In this document: in pieces, positions 13,517-28,520 of the stretch
Position numbering within the stretch: position 1 is the first letter of the stretch
How the letters are laid out: every line of letters starts with the position of its first letter
Origin: Ramazzottius varieornatus
Lineage: Eukaryota; Animalia; Tardigrada
Direction: 5' to 3'
Length of the DNA: 64,000 nucleotides
Assembly (NCBI GenBank): GCA_001949185.1
Contig: BDGG01000003.1
Location: 1,276,725-1,340,724 of the forward strand
Translations under genes and position numbers: made by a program
Notes under the pieces: generated by a model
What the model saw: only the letters and a program-made list of their open reading frames with translations
Told to the model about the DNA's origin: nothing
Database searches by the model: none

Positions 13517-16113
13517 TTATGTTTGCCGGGTACATACAACGTTTTTGCCAGACTGAACCTTGTTCGTGCTGGCAATGTACGGAACTGTCTTCTCATCCAC
13601 ATCTGTCAATGTGATATTGCTTTCGATCCAGATGTAGCTTGAGCCCCACCAGTTGCCCGGGTTCAGGTTCGAACTTTGATCCACCCAGGTAAAATACAAG
13701 GAATGGATGAAGCCCAAGCTCTCAGCAGGGGACTCAAAGACGAAGCTGTATTTCTCGCCAGGGTTGAGATATATCCAGCTATCATAAACATGTACACTTT
13801 AACTGTCATCCCCCGATCAAAATATCCCACATGCCAATTGGGGGCTGCTGCTCACTTTGCCGTCAACTGGCTTTTCTTCTGTCCATGTGTTCCAATTAGA
13901 GTAACGTAGACCAAGGCCGGTTTCTGCAAGAAGTTGTAACGGTTTCTAATTTTTCGCGGTAAAGTCCTAGCGTCCTCTGCTGTAGAGATGTAATAAACGA
14001 GAGACCGTACAACGGTACATACCACGTACATACCCTCTTTGAATCATTGTCTTTCGTCTTGTTTTGAATTTGGAATGTGATTCTGTGCGGAGTCACTGGA
14101 AACACGTATTCTAGCCAAAAATCGATGTCTTGTCAGAAGATCAGACTTCAACTTACGGCAGTACGGTGTTTCCCCGGTAGTGAGGCTGAAGTACGATTTC
14201 TGCCTTTCTGAGTTCGTCACTAGCGACTGCTCGACGTGGAAACCCAGCTCTGCACACTTATTGTTTTCGCAGGAAAAACATTTACCAGCTTGGAACTGCA
14301 GAGGCAAGATGCAAAACATTCGAGGAGCAAATCTAGCATTGAAACTGCGCTAAATGTCTTACATTGGCGTAGGTGTCGCACTCGTAAGAGGTGATGTTGC
14401 ATCCTTCATCGTTAATGCTCTCGTAGAAGAGAACAGGAGCTCGTCCGTGACTGCAACCCATAGCTCCACGAGCCCATGCCTCGTCACCAGAAGCTTCGAC
14501 TTCTTTCCCGATGATCTCCTCCACCATCTCTGCATACACAAGACAACAGCAGCGTAAAAAAATTCTCGAAGGTTTCGAGCCCGTCTTTGTACTGTTCGTT
14601 TCAAGCAGCAGAACTTACTCCAGTCGATCGGAAGTGCCAGTGGGTCTTCTCGTCCCTCCACAACTTGATCCAGAAAGCTGCCAGTACATGGAAACATGAA
14701 TCGCTTGAGTACAGTACGTGAGAACGGCCCTTCCACTTACGCTCTGTGTCCGCCACATCCTGGTTGCCGTACACCGCCATTCGGGTAAAAATCTGCGAAC
14801 GACACAGCAGGTTATTCCGCATCCGTTAGACTAGAGAGAAACACCGTGTAGGTCTATTCGGTCTATTCGTTGAGAATGATTGGTCGATACGTACTGAGAT
14901 GACCCATCGGTAGCTCTGCACCGAAAGCGCTACTTGTGATACTTCCGGCATCCGTGACAATCTACGAGCAGCCGGGCACTGGAAATGCGTCACTCCGCTG
15001 AGAGAACATCTGTCATAAAATTTGGACTGTGTACCGTATCGACGAAGCGAGCGTCGGTCGGGTCAAGTCGCACTCTTATTCCCAAGTTTTCAAAGTAGAG
15101 TCCAGCGGGATCCAAGCCAGTTATGCGACCCAGTCTGATTCTTCTGTTGTTTAATTCTTCTCCAGCGTATCCAGATATATGAGCACCAAGGCTGTGGCCC
15201 ATGAAGTGGACATTCTGGGGCGCAACATTCTCGACTTTCACCAAGTGCTCGACGAGGCGACCGGCGTGGGTTCCTACTAGCCGAGTATTAGCCGTTGCTT
15301 GATAATACGGTGCGCGATTTCCGTCGGCTGTAGGGATTAGAAAAACGTCAAGGTTTCTTGGGAGACTTGGTTCCTAATCCAACGGATACCACTTACACCA
15401 GTCAACGCGGATGACGTTGCATTCTTCATGTTGGAGAAGTTCTCGAAGTGTGCTCTAAAACGACAACATTGAATAGATGTGGTGGATAAGCGAACATTAT
15501 CCTCATTAGCGCAACACTCGTAAGGCTACGGTACATACCGTCCATGTGTCAGAAGTGAAAACGTCGAGGAACCCGTGAATCAAGACATAGGTGTTCTTGC
15601 TGGCATCGAAGTTGGAGTCCTTGATGGTTTCTGGGCGGTAAGAACTGATGACTTGTGAAACTTGGGGATTCCGGCGGGTGTTCAGGTGGTACTTGATCTT
15701 GTCTCGTAACGTACAGTCGGGTGTAGAAGTAATCGGCCTACAAGAACGTATATGATATAAATTGCTCCCAATGAAAAGGTTCGCCTTCCGTGGCACAGCG
15801 TACCTGTGCAATATATGCCAGAAATCACCACCGGAATCGTAACACCCCAGATCACTGCAGCAGACATTGCTACCTGTAAGAGGTTTCTACTGTAGCTGGA
15901 ACGTAGAACCTGAATTCACATTCTCAAGCGCATGACCACGGAATTTTCCAACATACTACGCGTCATGAGCGGTGCATCATACTGAGCCACAGCGTTTTCC
16001 TCTCGGCCATTCTTCAATCCAGCCACGCGGTTCCTCGTTGGAGTCGCCGAAGCCACACAGGTAACCAAACCCAAAGTCACCGTTGCGGCAAAGATCATTA
16101 GACTAACGGCCAT
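13517..16113 (-). CDS. Secreted pancreatic lipase/phospholipase A1-family lipase with C-terminal PLAT-like domain, many exons
   Basis: Signal peptide MAVSLMIFAATVTLGLVTCVASA; VLIHGF; GHSLGAH (catalytic Ser); RITGLDPAG (Asp); RLDPTDARFVD; FYPNGGVRQPGC; CSHGRA (His); CFSC...C..LGF; beta-rich C-terminus. Confidence 0.9.
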
Positions 16114-16520
16114 ATTGGAAAGTTCCGTAAATGCTGATTTCCGGAAAGAACCTTCACTGTCAAGTTCGGCGAAGGAAACTAAAGGATGATGTCCGTCACA
16201 CCTTCTCACCTTGCGGATCAAGATTTTATAGTGACACAGTATTCACTGTGTCGTGCGGCGACCCTGGTGTTGGCTGGTACCATCTTTCAAGCAAATTTGC
16301 TTTCGGTCCTTTGCGTTATTTCACCGCCATTGTACTCTTATCTGTCTCAAGAAAAGACCTTGCAATCATTTGGTCTTGACCATGATTATCAGGCGGCACA
16401 TGCCTTAATGTAAATAACTTTTCTGCGTTAGGTTGTCTCATGTTATCAGGAACATCAGACAGTATGCGGTTAGCCAGCACGCCTGACTGCTAAGGATACA
16501 ATTAGGAAGGAGAACCAGTA

Positions 16521-16716
16521 CACGCACGACGAGAAAATATGGGACAGTGAAATTTATGGCCCAGGCGGGAAGGACGGCAAAAGGGAAATTTAACCGTAGA
16601 AAAGTGTTGAAAAGTACATTCGTGTGAATGAGTCGCGTAGGTACGAGCTTCCGTACCGCCGCAGCGAAAAGGCCTGGTCCATAATTCTTACTGGCCCATA
16701 GTTTTCATCGTGCGTG
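16521..16716. mobile_element. MITE, family A (CACGCACGA TIR, TA flanks)
   Basis: TA|CACGCACGACGAGAAAATATGGG...CCCATAGTTTTCATCGTGCGTG|TA; homologous to 40356-40534 (inverted) and 47261-47709. Confidence 0.8.
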
Positions 16717-17427
16717 TATGGATTTCTTATCACTTGCTACCAACAGGGCTAGACTTCTAAGAGGTATGATTGATTATGTCGAGGTACCGCGACTGCAAAT
16801 TAAAAGCAACCAGAATTCCAGCATTTACAGGTATAGCGCATATAACTTATGTTTCCATTGTTTGACAAATACATGAAGAAATCACCGTTCATAAAGTGTG
16901 GTTTCCTGATTGAGTTATCGAGTTCTCAGATGGAACTGAATGAGTCAGTTATTGCAGCAAGCATTACAGACGTGTTGCGCTAATTTTCTCTCATGTCTTC
17001 GACTTTGGTTACACGAACAAACGAGCGTTGTCCGTTGGACTTCAAATTTGATTTAAAATGCAGTTAACTTGGCTGCTTTAGCCTTTATCAAAAGTCAGAG
17101 CGATGCAAACTGAAATCTCTGACTATGGAACTGTAATTAAAATCCAGCACGAGCTAGAGCTAGTCGCTGTCGGAATATGCATTATGGACGATTAGCTCGA
17201 AAATAGTTTGCTGCACTCTATGCCGTCCATCTATCCCGGATGTAAATTCTTTCGAGATCTTCGACCGTCGTACCGTCATTTGCTTTCATGAATAAGCTTC
17301 TTGGCCAGAACATTATAAGTCATCTATATTTTTATCAAGAGCATCATATAGGTCGTAGTGGTTGAAGGCTAGTCCTTGCTGGAATATACACTGAGCGCCG
17401 AATCCGAGTTTATTCTTACATGTCAAC

Positions 17428-20352
17428 ATGCACTTTATCCTCTCGATTATCCTCGCGTTCACCTCACTGCTTCAGTGTCAAGTCCATGGTAGCACATTTG
17501 AAGAGTTCCAGCCGGCATGGAGAGAATACCTAGAAAAATCTGGACTTGGACGTTCTCAGTACGCGAAGCAAGGTACGCGTAGTTTGGTGCAATGCTGTTC
17601 GGTACACACTTTAGACCATAAGAATATAATTTTATCGTCACAGCTGACATCTTCATCAACCCACAACCATCGTCCAACAGTCTTTCACTCATCCCTGCTG
17701 TTGGTGGCGTCATTACATCAGAAGTGACTTGTGGTAAAGACAACCGAAACTTCTGCACCTACCCGGAACTTCCATTCGTAAGTCTCGCAACCTATGAAAT
17801 CCATGGAAAACACATGGCGTCAAACATGCTCAAAGTTTCGCTCTATCCCAGATTGAGTCCCTGAATGTTCCTGCCGTATTGGCCAACCCCAATCGATTAA
17901 ACAGACTGCCCAGCGGGAAGTGTCCAGTCGGATACACCAAGTTCCCCACCTTTGACTGTCTGAATATTGCGGCTGCTTTTATTGAGGTCAGCTGTTGTGT
18001 CTATGTAAGTATTTCTCTTCGTTTGAAGCAGAAGGCAGTCTACCGTATCCAGACTTTCCGAATTGAAGCCGATTTATTTTTATGCTCGTAGAATTCTCCC
18101 CCTGTTACTTTGGCGGATTACTGCAGCAAAAGAACTCAGCTATTATTCACAGCGTCTTTTGAACTATGTGACGGTCGAAGTTTTCTCATTGCCGGTAATT
18201 ATCTGTCAACAACACATCACTTTGTTTGCAAATTATGCAATGACAACACGTGGGCGCGAATGCTAACCGGAACAACGATCTACAGGGTCAAATGCTTGGC
18301 AGGTCAACGACAACTTCAAGATCCTCGGCGGACCATACAGTCTCAGTGTCCTGACCGGCGGGACCGTCTCCGGTGGCGTGGACTCAGCTTTTGTGGACTC
18401 GTCATGCAATGTTGGCTTCTTTCAGGTAGATGAGGAAGTTTGCAAACTAAGTAAAGCATCGACCAATGTATCATATACTGTACTGCAGTGGTCCCAGCTT
18501 AACGGTCATAAACGATGTGAATAATGTTATCTGCGTAGCGGAGAGCGGTGCCCAAGCGGGCATTATTCATTGTTCACGTAGTTTGGTGCACGTTAAATTA
18601 GGAGCACTGCAGTAATATTTTCGATAAAAATTAAATTCTTGCAGGGCACAGCTCTGAAATGGATGAATTTTCCGGGGAAAACGGCTAGCGCCAACAAGCA
18701 GCTAACCGATGTTCTTGGGCCGCTGTCGTCGGCCAACTGCGGTGCTGGCGCCCTCTCGTGCGTCCCTACCAAGGTTAACTTCGCAGTGTGTCCGAACGCG
18801 GGCTCCTTCTGCCTTATCAGCGTCGCTCTTGCCAGCAACCTGCCCACGGTCAACCGTAAGTGCAGCAATAGGTTAATAAACAGGAACAGAAGTTTTTTCG
18901 GAGAAGTCCCAGCTTGTTTGAAGATATTCATCTACGTCGGTCCGATTAGAGGCTGCCGTGAACCGTGGAAGTGAAAGTAAACTGTGGAATTTCGTCCACA
19001 AAACTGAACAATCAACTTTCTTCGGACAGATTGAAGATTCTTGGTAATCCTGGCGTTCTGCGATCAGCGATTTGAAACGCGTTTTTCTTCTTGCAGGCAT
19101 GTTTTTCGTAACGCCCGGTTTCAGCTCCTTTGTCCTCACCGGTGTCAATCAGCCAGGCATAGCTGTCAACAACATCAACGATCTCCAAAATCGCTTCTCT
19201 AGTTTCATCTCCGCGACTTACATCAAGAGCACCAACCGTCTTGCATTTGTTGATGGCAACAACGACGTATACTATTATGACACCACTGGAAAGGTATCCG
19301 TCACTCGGAAGTCCCGTTAAGACTTTTCCCCCGCGCTTTCTTTCATAATTACCACATGACGCCTCGTTTTCCACAATCCTCTCAGGATATATTTATCTCA
19401 ACTTTATACTCACCCATGTGTTTCCATGCAGCTCCTCTCCGGCCCCACCAACCTCTTCGACCTCTTTGGCACCTGTGGTTTTGTTGGAAGCAACCAAGCT
19501 CCCATTATCTACATTCCTTACCCCATCGCTCCCATCTTCGCCAATGGTACTCCTGTGTATGGCAACGACCCTGCCTACCAAAACTACTCTCCTCCTTCGC
19601 CTAACATAGTCTCATATCTACCACCTCCGCCACCTCCACAAAACCAAGGCTACGACAACTACCCAGTAAACTACCGAGCAGCAACCACTGCTCCTCCTAC
19701 ATACAACCCGCCACCACCACCTCAATACCAAGCGCCGCCACCTCAACAGTACCAAGCACCTCAGCCACAATATCCGCTACCACCACCACCTCAGTACCAA
19801 ACGCCGTCCCCTATGGTGTACCAAACGCCAGCGCCACCAGTTTACCGCCCTCCTGCCCCAACATACCCTCCAACATATTCCCCGGCACCACCTGTATACC
19901 AGACACCAGCTCCGCAATACGCTCCACCGACACAGTACTCTCCACCTCCTGCTCCAGCCCCAGCCCCGCAGTACGGGCTTTACTTTTCTTCACCCCGTGC
20001 AGTTGCAGCCACACCATCAGCTCAACCGAAAGACGCACTTAGCGTAACTCCAGCAGCGAACTCTGCAAAGCTGCAGGTTGTAATAGCGGAATCTCCCATA
20101 ACGATCGATCCTTCAGTAATGGATAAAGGATTGCAGAACGTGAACCCTACAGCGCCACCTGCATCTCAGGATCCCCCACAAGGACCACCCATAAGACCGC
20201 GACCAGAAATCAACCAGAAAACGCGAGATGAAACGATGTTTGTACCACCCTTCAAGGCACCAAAACATGAGTTCTTTGATGTGTCAGCTTTTGTTAGAAA
20301 AGGCGACATCGAAAAATTTCAACCCGTGGTCCGCGAAGTGAAACTTGTTTAA
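17428..20352 (+). CDS. Secreted protein: Cys-rich N-terminus + hemopexin-like repeats + extensin-like Pro/Tyr tail (8 exons, ~667 aa)
   Basis: Phase-consistent exons 17428-17572, 17644-17777, 17852-18004, 18092-18194, 18286-18425, 18645-18855, 19097-19293, 19432-20352; signal peptide; hemopexin-like blades (FTASFELCDGRSFLIAGSNAWQV...GGPYSL; VDSAFVDSSCNVGFFQG; ISATY...VYYYD...SGPTNLFDLFGTC). Confidence 0.8.
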
Positions 20353-20454
20353 AGCTATTTTCCATCTCTTGAGAATCTAAACTCATTAAACTTCACTCGA
20401 AGTAACAGCCTCATTTTTGGAGACAAACCCAGTACAGAGAGAGCTTTTAGAAGT

Positions 20455-21083
20455 TCATAAAGCGTCGCCATCTGGCCAAAAAACGTCACAGTAACCAAAC
20501 TTCCCAGGAGGGTTAGCGCAGTTGGCAGAAGGTCGGCACGCTGGTTCTTCCAAGTTCAAGGTATCCGATGCTTGATCTAGTCCAGAATAACTCAGTTCGT
20601 CCGCGGCGAAGCGTATCGGCCCTTCACAATCCAGCACGCCATCGCATCCCTAGTCAAGGTTGGTATCGTGAGACTGAAATTCATATGATTGCCTTCGTGG
20701 ACTTATAAAATTTCTTGAAAGAGCTTGTTACTGCCGAAATGACGTGCATGGACAGATATCCTCATTCCCGAAAGCTCACCCAAAACGCAAGGGCGTCGTC
20801 GTTGGTGTCAGCTACGCATACACAGTGGCCGTTACTGCAAATTTCTCCAGGATCTTCACACGCGAGGGTACTGCTGCATTTCGTGCCGACTTCAGCTTCT
20901 AGGTCTCTCGGCGGCGACTGCGTCGGTAATCCTGTCACGGTATTCCATGTTTAAAACACGTACGTCACAAGAAACCAGTAGCCGAAAGAGAAATCTGAAT
21001 TTTGGCTTACCGTTTACGTTTAAATACCCACTGGAGCATAAGATGACTGTCAGAATTTGCGCTGCGGCAACGGCGAAAATCAT
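20455..21083 (-). CDS. Small secreted Cys-rich protein with LDL-receptor class A-like motif (3 exons, 139 aa)
   Basis: Exons 21083-21011, 20931-20780, 20649-20455 join in frame: MIFAVAAAQILTVILCSSG...CEDPGEICSNGHCVC...FWGCDGVLDCEGPIRFAADE...GYCDVFWPDGDAL. Confidence 0.72.
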
Positions 21084-22266
21084 ATTGGAAGCAAAAACAT
21101 CTAGCTGAATGACCAAAGTTGATAGAGGGAAGAATATTGCAAGCTCTACCAGAATGCATCTTCTCCTCTCTCCTTTATATCGACGTTTCTTTGCTAAAGT
21201 CTCAAAAAAATGGTCCACTGTGCCGACATGCAGGTTTCGTAACTTCTTACGAAACTTTGTGACATGGGCTTGCTCGCTGACTACAGTACTTATGTAAATC
21301 GACACTGAAACTTTTTCACAGATGTTCTACGCGAAGATCGTCCACGTCAGCACTCCTAACTGCGTTATGAACTTCAATGTCACTGTCCGGAACCAACATG
21401 GTTGAGTAATCCCTTTCTTGGGCACATGTGTGTGTTACCGGTCGTGTTACGGTTATGTGAAGTGTCAAAACATTTCCTTCGTTGAAAGAAAAATGATACA
21501 TTCCGACTGCGCCTGGTGTTCGCAAATACTTGTCGGTGAAACCCTTTACTGTCTGAAATTAAGCTGCCACTTTAATGCGGTGTGATTTGAGTGAAAACAT
21601 CAAAAATTCATCCGTCTGAGCATTTTGATTTTGTCTGACGAAGTTCTTTCTGCTATTGAAACAAGAAAAGTCTCTCCCGATTAGAACTTTCGCTGGCTAA
21701 TACGCAGTCTCGATTAATTTTGAACTAGTTAGGAAGTCTTGATTTCTAGATAGACAGCTACTATAATACCTCTTACAGAATATTCTCCTCGAAATGAGCG
21801 TCATCGAAATACTCTTTCAATTTGATGGGTGGCTGCGCGTATCTGTGTCGCATTCGAACATTCTTCGTACTGTCATACAGCATGATATTGGTGGTTTTCA
21901 CAACGCATCGGCACACATGCGCGCGGGGCAGACAGGAAGCTCTTCATACATCACATTCGCTCTCACTGATGTACGCTTTCACATCGCTTTACCAGATCTC
22001 CACCGCCTTATCCTTTCCGGTTCCTCGAAAGCAGGAGCTTTAATTCAGCCTTGCATGTCAACAGTACATCTGTGACCTGCATTGGTACGTGACAGTACAC
22101 GCAGGTGTAAAACTTCATCCTGTTATTTTTATGGTCCAAAACTCGTAATCAAGGATAACTCAGATTGAAATTTTTGTCTCTAGCTTCTTCGGTTTTTGGT
22201 GTCAGTCGCTTTCCTGTACCATTTCAAACAGCTGGCCATTGCCACGGAGTTTTCGCTAAGTTCACC

Positions 22267-24693
22267 ATGGCCATGAACTTGGTGCATTACTTCGAGTTCT
22301 CTAACGGGTCGCAGGTCAACCAGTCTATGGACAACGTCAGTACGCTTCGCCGACATCCTCTTTCCCCTTCTTTACAGTATTTCTACATTACCTGCCTGGT
22401 CATGGAGAGTTTCTTCGGAACTCTGGGCAATATTCTTGTAGGTACTTTACCGATTCTGACTGCTAATCACAGTTCACGCAGTTTCTTTCATTTAAAAAGG
22501 TTATTGCCACTGTGTGCAGCATGCCGGCGCTCCGAACAACCGGAAACTACTTCATCGTCAACTTGTCACTGGCCGACCTCCTTGTGACCATGGTCACTCA
22601 ACCCTCCAGTATCCTCGGTAAAGGTCTATTTTGAGCTCGCGGTACCGGTGTGGGCGAGTCGACCGCTACATATTGACTTCGGCTAACACAGTTTTCACAT
22701 TTAGGGGCGCTGTTTGGAGAAGAATGGTTTGAAGCCCGACCGGTTGTGTGTTCCAGTGAGTCTTCCTCTTGATGACGTGCCAGTATGACAACAGCGTGCA
22801 GTGCTTTTACTTGTGTATGTTGGTTTACAGTCGTGGGAACTTTATGCGCAATGGGGTGCATTGCGTCGACGTGGAACATCTGTATGATATCTGTTAATAG
22901 GTAAGAAATGAGATGGTGCGACTCGCATACCAAGAGCAAGTCTCGGAATATGTCTGTATGCGTCTGGAAGTTGCTCTTCCTCCAGCTGCGAATAATCATG
23001 CAGCCTCCAGGGCGTCCGACCTTGACAGTCTCGGGGGAAAACAACGTGATTACCATCATCATATGGTCCAGAACATTTCCAATTAGGGGAGCACTGCTAG
23101 TTCCGAGCTGGAGATATAATTTTCTGATCATGCAAAAATAGAGAAAACAAGTTTTAGGGTCTGCACGAAGCGAGCATCGTGATCACTCGCAGCCACACCC
23201 ACGGCCGGCAATTAAAAATAACCACAAAGTGATCAATCTCCGACACGGAGCGGCGTTTGACTGATTAACACCCTGAGTACCAAGCTTTTTGTGTCGGCCG
23301 ACTACCAGCGTACTCACAGTGAGCACAGAACTTTAAGTGGAGGAAATTGGAAGGCGTAACCCAAATTAACCAATAGATAACTTTCAGAATTTCGAAATTG
23401 TGGAGATTGGCACGTCGTAAAGGCCAACGTGGGAAAAGTAGCCCTGGCCGTTTTGGTTTGTTTCTGCACGCACCGATGACACCAATTTTGAACCAGGCCT
23501 AGTATCGGCAGAGGAAGCTCTCCTCACTGTTTCATTGTTTTTCGAAACAGATGGTAGCTATGTATCTCGAGCAAAGACATGAAACCTAAAATACTCCCGA
23601 AACTGCCCGAAATCGTAAGGAGTTTTTCCAGCCTGCGGAAGTTGTACTGACCAGTGGTCATCAGCTGCGTTTCGGTGATAATACCGCAGACCAGGCAAAG
23701 AAAAAAGTTTGATTCAAACCGGGCAAAATGGAAATTATGGAGAGCGAAAAAGTGCCGTATTGTACTCACAATGAGTACGGTGGTAATCAGGGTGTTAACG
23801 TGATCTTTAGTCGCTCCTTCGGGCCACCAGACGTTTTGTGCTGCGTCAGCATGACTCGAGGGGAAATATTGTGTGGTTCCGGTCGGTTAAGCGTGCACGG
23901 TCCCACGGGTAATTCGTTGTCACAAGGTCGGTCCGTCTGGCAATATGATTCAGCGCGTACATGCATGAACGGAGTTCTCCGTCAAATTATTTATGAACGT
24001 AGAGGAATTGCGTTCTAACAACATGGCCTTCTTCCCAGGTACATTGTCATCTGTCGTTACCACATCTACAGTAAGATCTACACAAAGCGAAACACTATTC
24101 TACTCTGCCTGTCGGTCTGGATCCTCATCTACCTGATCGAGATGCCGAATCACATTGGCTGGGGCGACACCAGGTTCTCCGAGGTCTTCTTCGTCTGCAC
24201 CTTCGCCAACCACGTTCACTCCTTCGCCCTTTTCTACATCCTGGTGGGAGTCATGATTCCCGTCAGCGTCAGCTGCGCCGCCTACATCGGTATTTTCAAG
24301 CGAGTGCGCACCTCCAACCTGGTCCGTAATCGAATCCTGAATCGTGACGCCGTGGCATCTAAAGTACCACTGAAAGACGAGAGAATGCAGATAAGAGACT
24401 TTCACCGTAATATCCGGATTGCGCGAGCTCTTTTCAAGGTGTTCATGATCTTCTTGATCATGTGGATCCCGGTTGCCGTGCTGATCCTGATGGGAATGGG
24501 CAAGCAGGTGGACTACGTATGGTACATCCTGACCGTGCTGCTGGCTCACGGAAACAGCTCGGTCAATTGCGTGGTCTATGCCTTGTCCCTGGATCATTTC
24601 CGGGAAGGTTACACCAAGCTCTTGCACATGCGTTTTATCCGGCGAAAAGGTGTAAACAAAATAACGGCGATATATGGTAACACGGCTACCTGA
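22267..24693 (+). CDS. Class A GPCR, melatonin-receptor-like (copy 1), 5 exons
   Basis: GTLGNILV (TM1), NYFIVNLSLADL (TM2), ISVNR|Y (NRY in place of DRY), MWIP (TM6), NSSVNCVVY (non-NPxxY TM7); NRY and a non-Pro TM7 motif are melatonin-receptor-type features. Confidence 0.9.
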
Positions 24694-25073
24694 GACAGCC
24701 CCAGTTGATCGACGACAGATGATAGTTCCGCTTTAGTCACGAACTGCATTCTGTGCCGAACTGGCGGAAGACCACCCTATTGTAGATGCAGAAGTTGCAC
24801 ATAGCTCTCATGGAATTTTACTTTAGTGTTTAATTTCCCTATTGTTCTCGAGTTTGACTGTGTGAACAGATAACAGAGCACACTTGCATAAACAAAGTAC
24901 ATTGGTTGGCTTCTTCAGCACAGAGTTTCGCTCTAGTGTTTTGTACCACGATGTATGACACGGAATATTGAATATTACTGCGCTAAAGTAATCAATAGGG
25001 TCTTCACTCCTATACGGGGACGGTGAAACAGGTGGAAGGGATCTGGTGAATGCAGTCGTTGCTATCTCTTCTT

Positions 25074-27228
<2,155 letters not shown>

Positions 27229-28456
27229 TCAAAAGACAGAGTTGGCCGGGCCGAACTCAAGCTTGAATCGAACATTGCCGTTCACATAGGCATAATATAG
27301 CCAGCTGCACACTGAATGCGCACAGATGACCTCATTACCCTACTGTACGTCGCGACTCATCGCGACGAGCTCATCGCCATGCCTGGATACGCTGATATCA
27401 CCGAAGAATTTCTACCTTGATACCCTGAAGCTCATGTCTGTGACCGTCCATCCTGTGTGAAGTTGAATTTTCGAAGCGCCAGAGGTGTCGTGTCGCGAGC
27501 AATCCATTTAGTCGTATATATAGCAGCTGGGAAATGGCAACTGCAGCCATGACGCAACACGCCGACGCGAAAAGCACGTATTAATACTGTCATGCGTCTT
27601 AAACTTCGCGATTTGCGCCATAGTTACTGTATGCTCTCCCGAAATTCACATACGTCACTGTTATGGTCACCGTATGAGAACTCTTTCTCTAGTTTTACAC
27701 TCTGAATGGAGTGACATACGTGAATTTCTGGAGAGTATACAGTAGCGTGTGCTGCATGCGTCACCATACCCGTTAACTCTGCGTGTACTGTGAAACCAGT
27801 TCGCAAAGCTCAAGAAGCCTCACATTCCGCTGGAGCCAGCAGGATTTGCACGTAGATATTAGACCATGTCATTCAGACCATGTCATCGTCGATCTTGATA
27901 TCCATGCTTTCACGTGATAGCTGACTCTAGACTCTCTACAAAGTGTCAGGAAGAAAGGCGAATGATCACTTCCTGGCGCTACGGAAAATCCCTCATGGCA
28001 CTACTGTACACATGTCGTTGCTTGACCCGGACACTTTGACTCTCATCTGAACGGTGCGAAACGAAGTTCCGAACATCATACTGGCCGAGAATAGATAAAA
28101 AGCGAACTGTCAGAAACAAGTATTCTCCCCCATAATTAACGTATTGATATTTGCAGGGCAATTTTGGGCGACAACTGTACAAAGCACTTCGAACAAGTCC
28201 CCTCCTTACCTTACAATAATCACCTTTAGAATTCTATCCCAAACGGTCTAGATGTGAAATCCAATGCTCCAGTAAAAGATCGACCAGTTTTCGGGTTGAC
28301 CTGTGCAGTACCGTATGGACTGTAACACTGGTTCAACGGTAGACGATCTTCGGGATTTTCTAAAAGCCGAGAAGTGATCATTTCCCTTTCTTCCTTATAC
28401 TCTGTGGATAGAAGAGTCTCAGCTTAGTAGGAGCATGGATATCGTGGTCGGCGATT

Positions 28457-28520
28457 GAGGCACCGTTAGGTACCATAGGTCATGAGAGTGGGGGATTTTC
28501 GGGGGCTCTTTCCCACCGTG
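28457..28520 (+). repeat. Transposon-end-like repeat, inverted partner of 38295-38360
   Basis: GAGGCACCGTTAGGTACCATAGGTCATGAGAGTGGGGGATTTTC matches the reverse complement of 38317-38360 with 3 mismatches. Confidence 0.7.

Noticed and set aside
17578-18590. 14-nt direct repeat CGTAGTTTGGTGCA in two introns
   Set aside because: Several 14-mer matches are expected by chance in 64 kb
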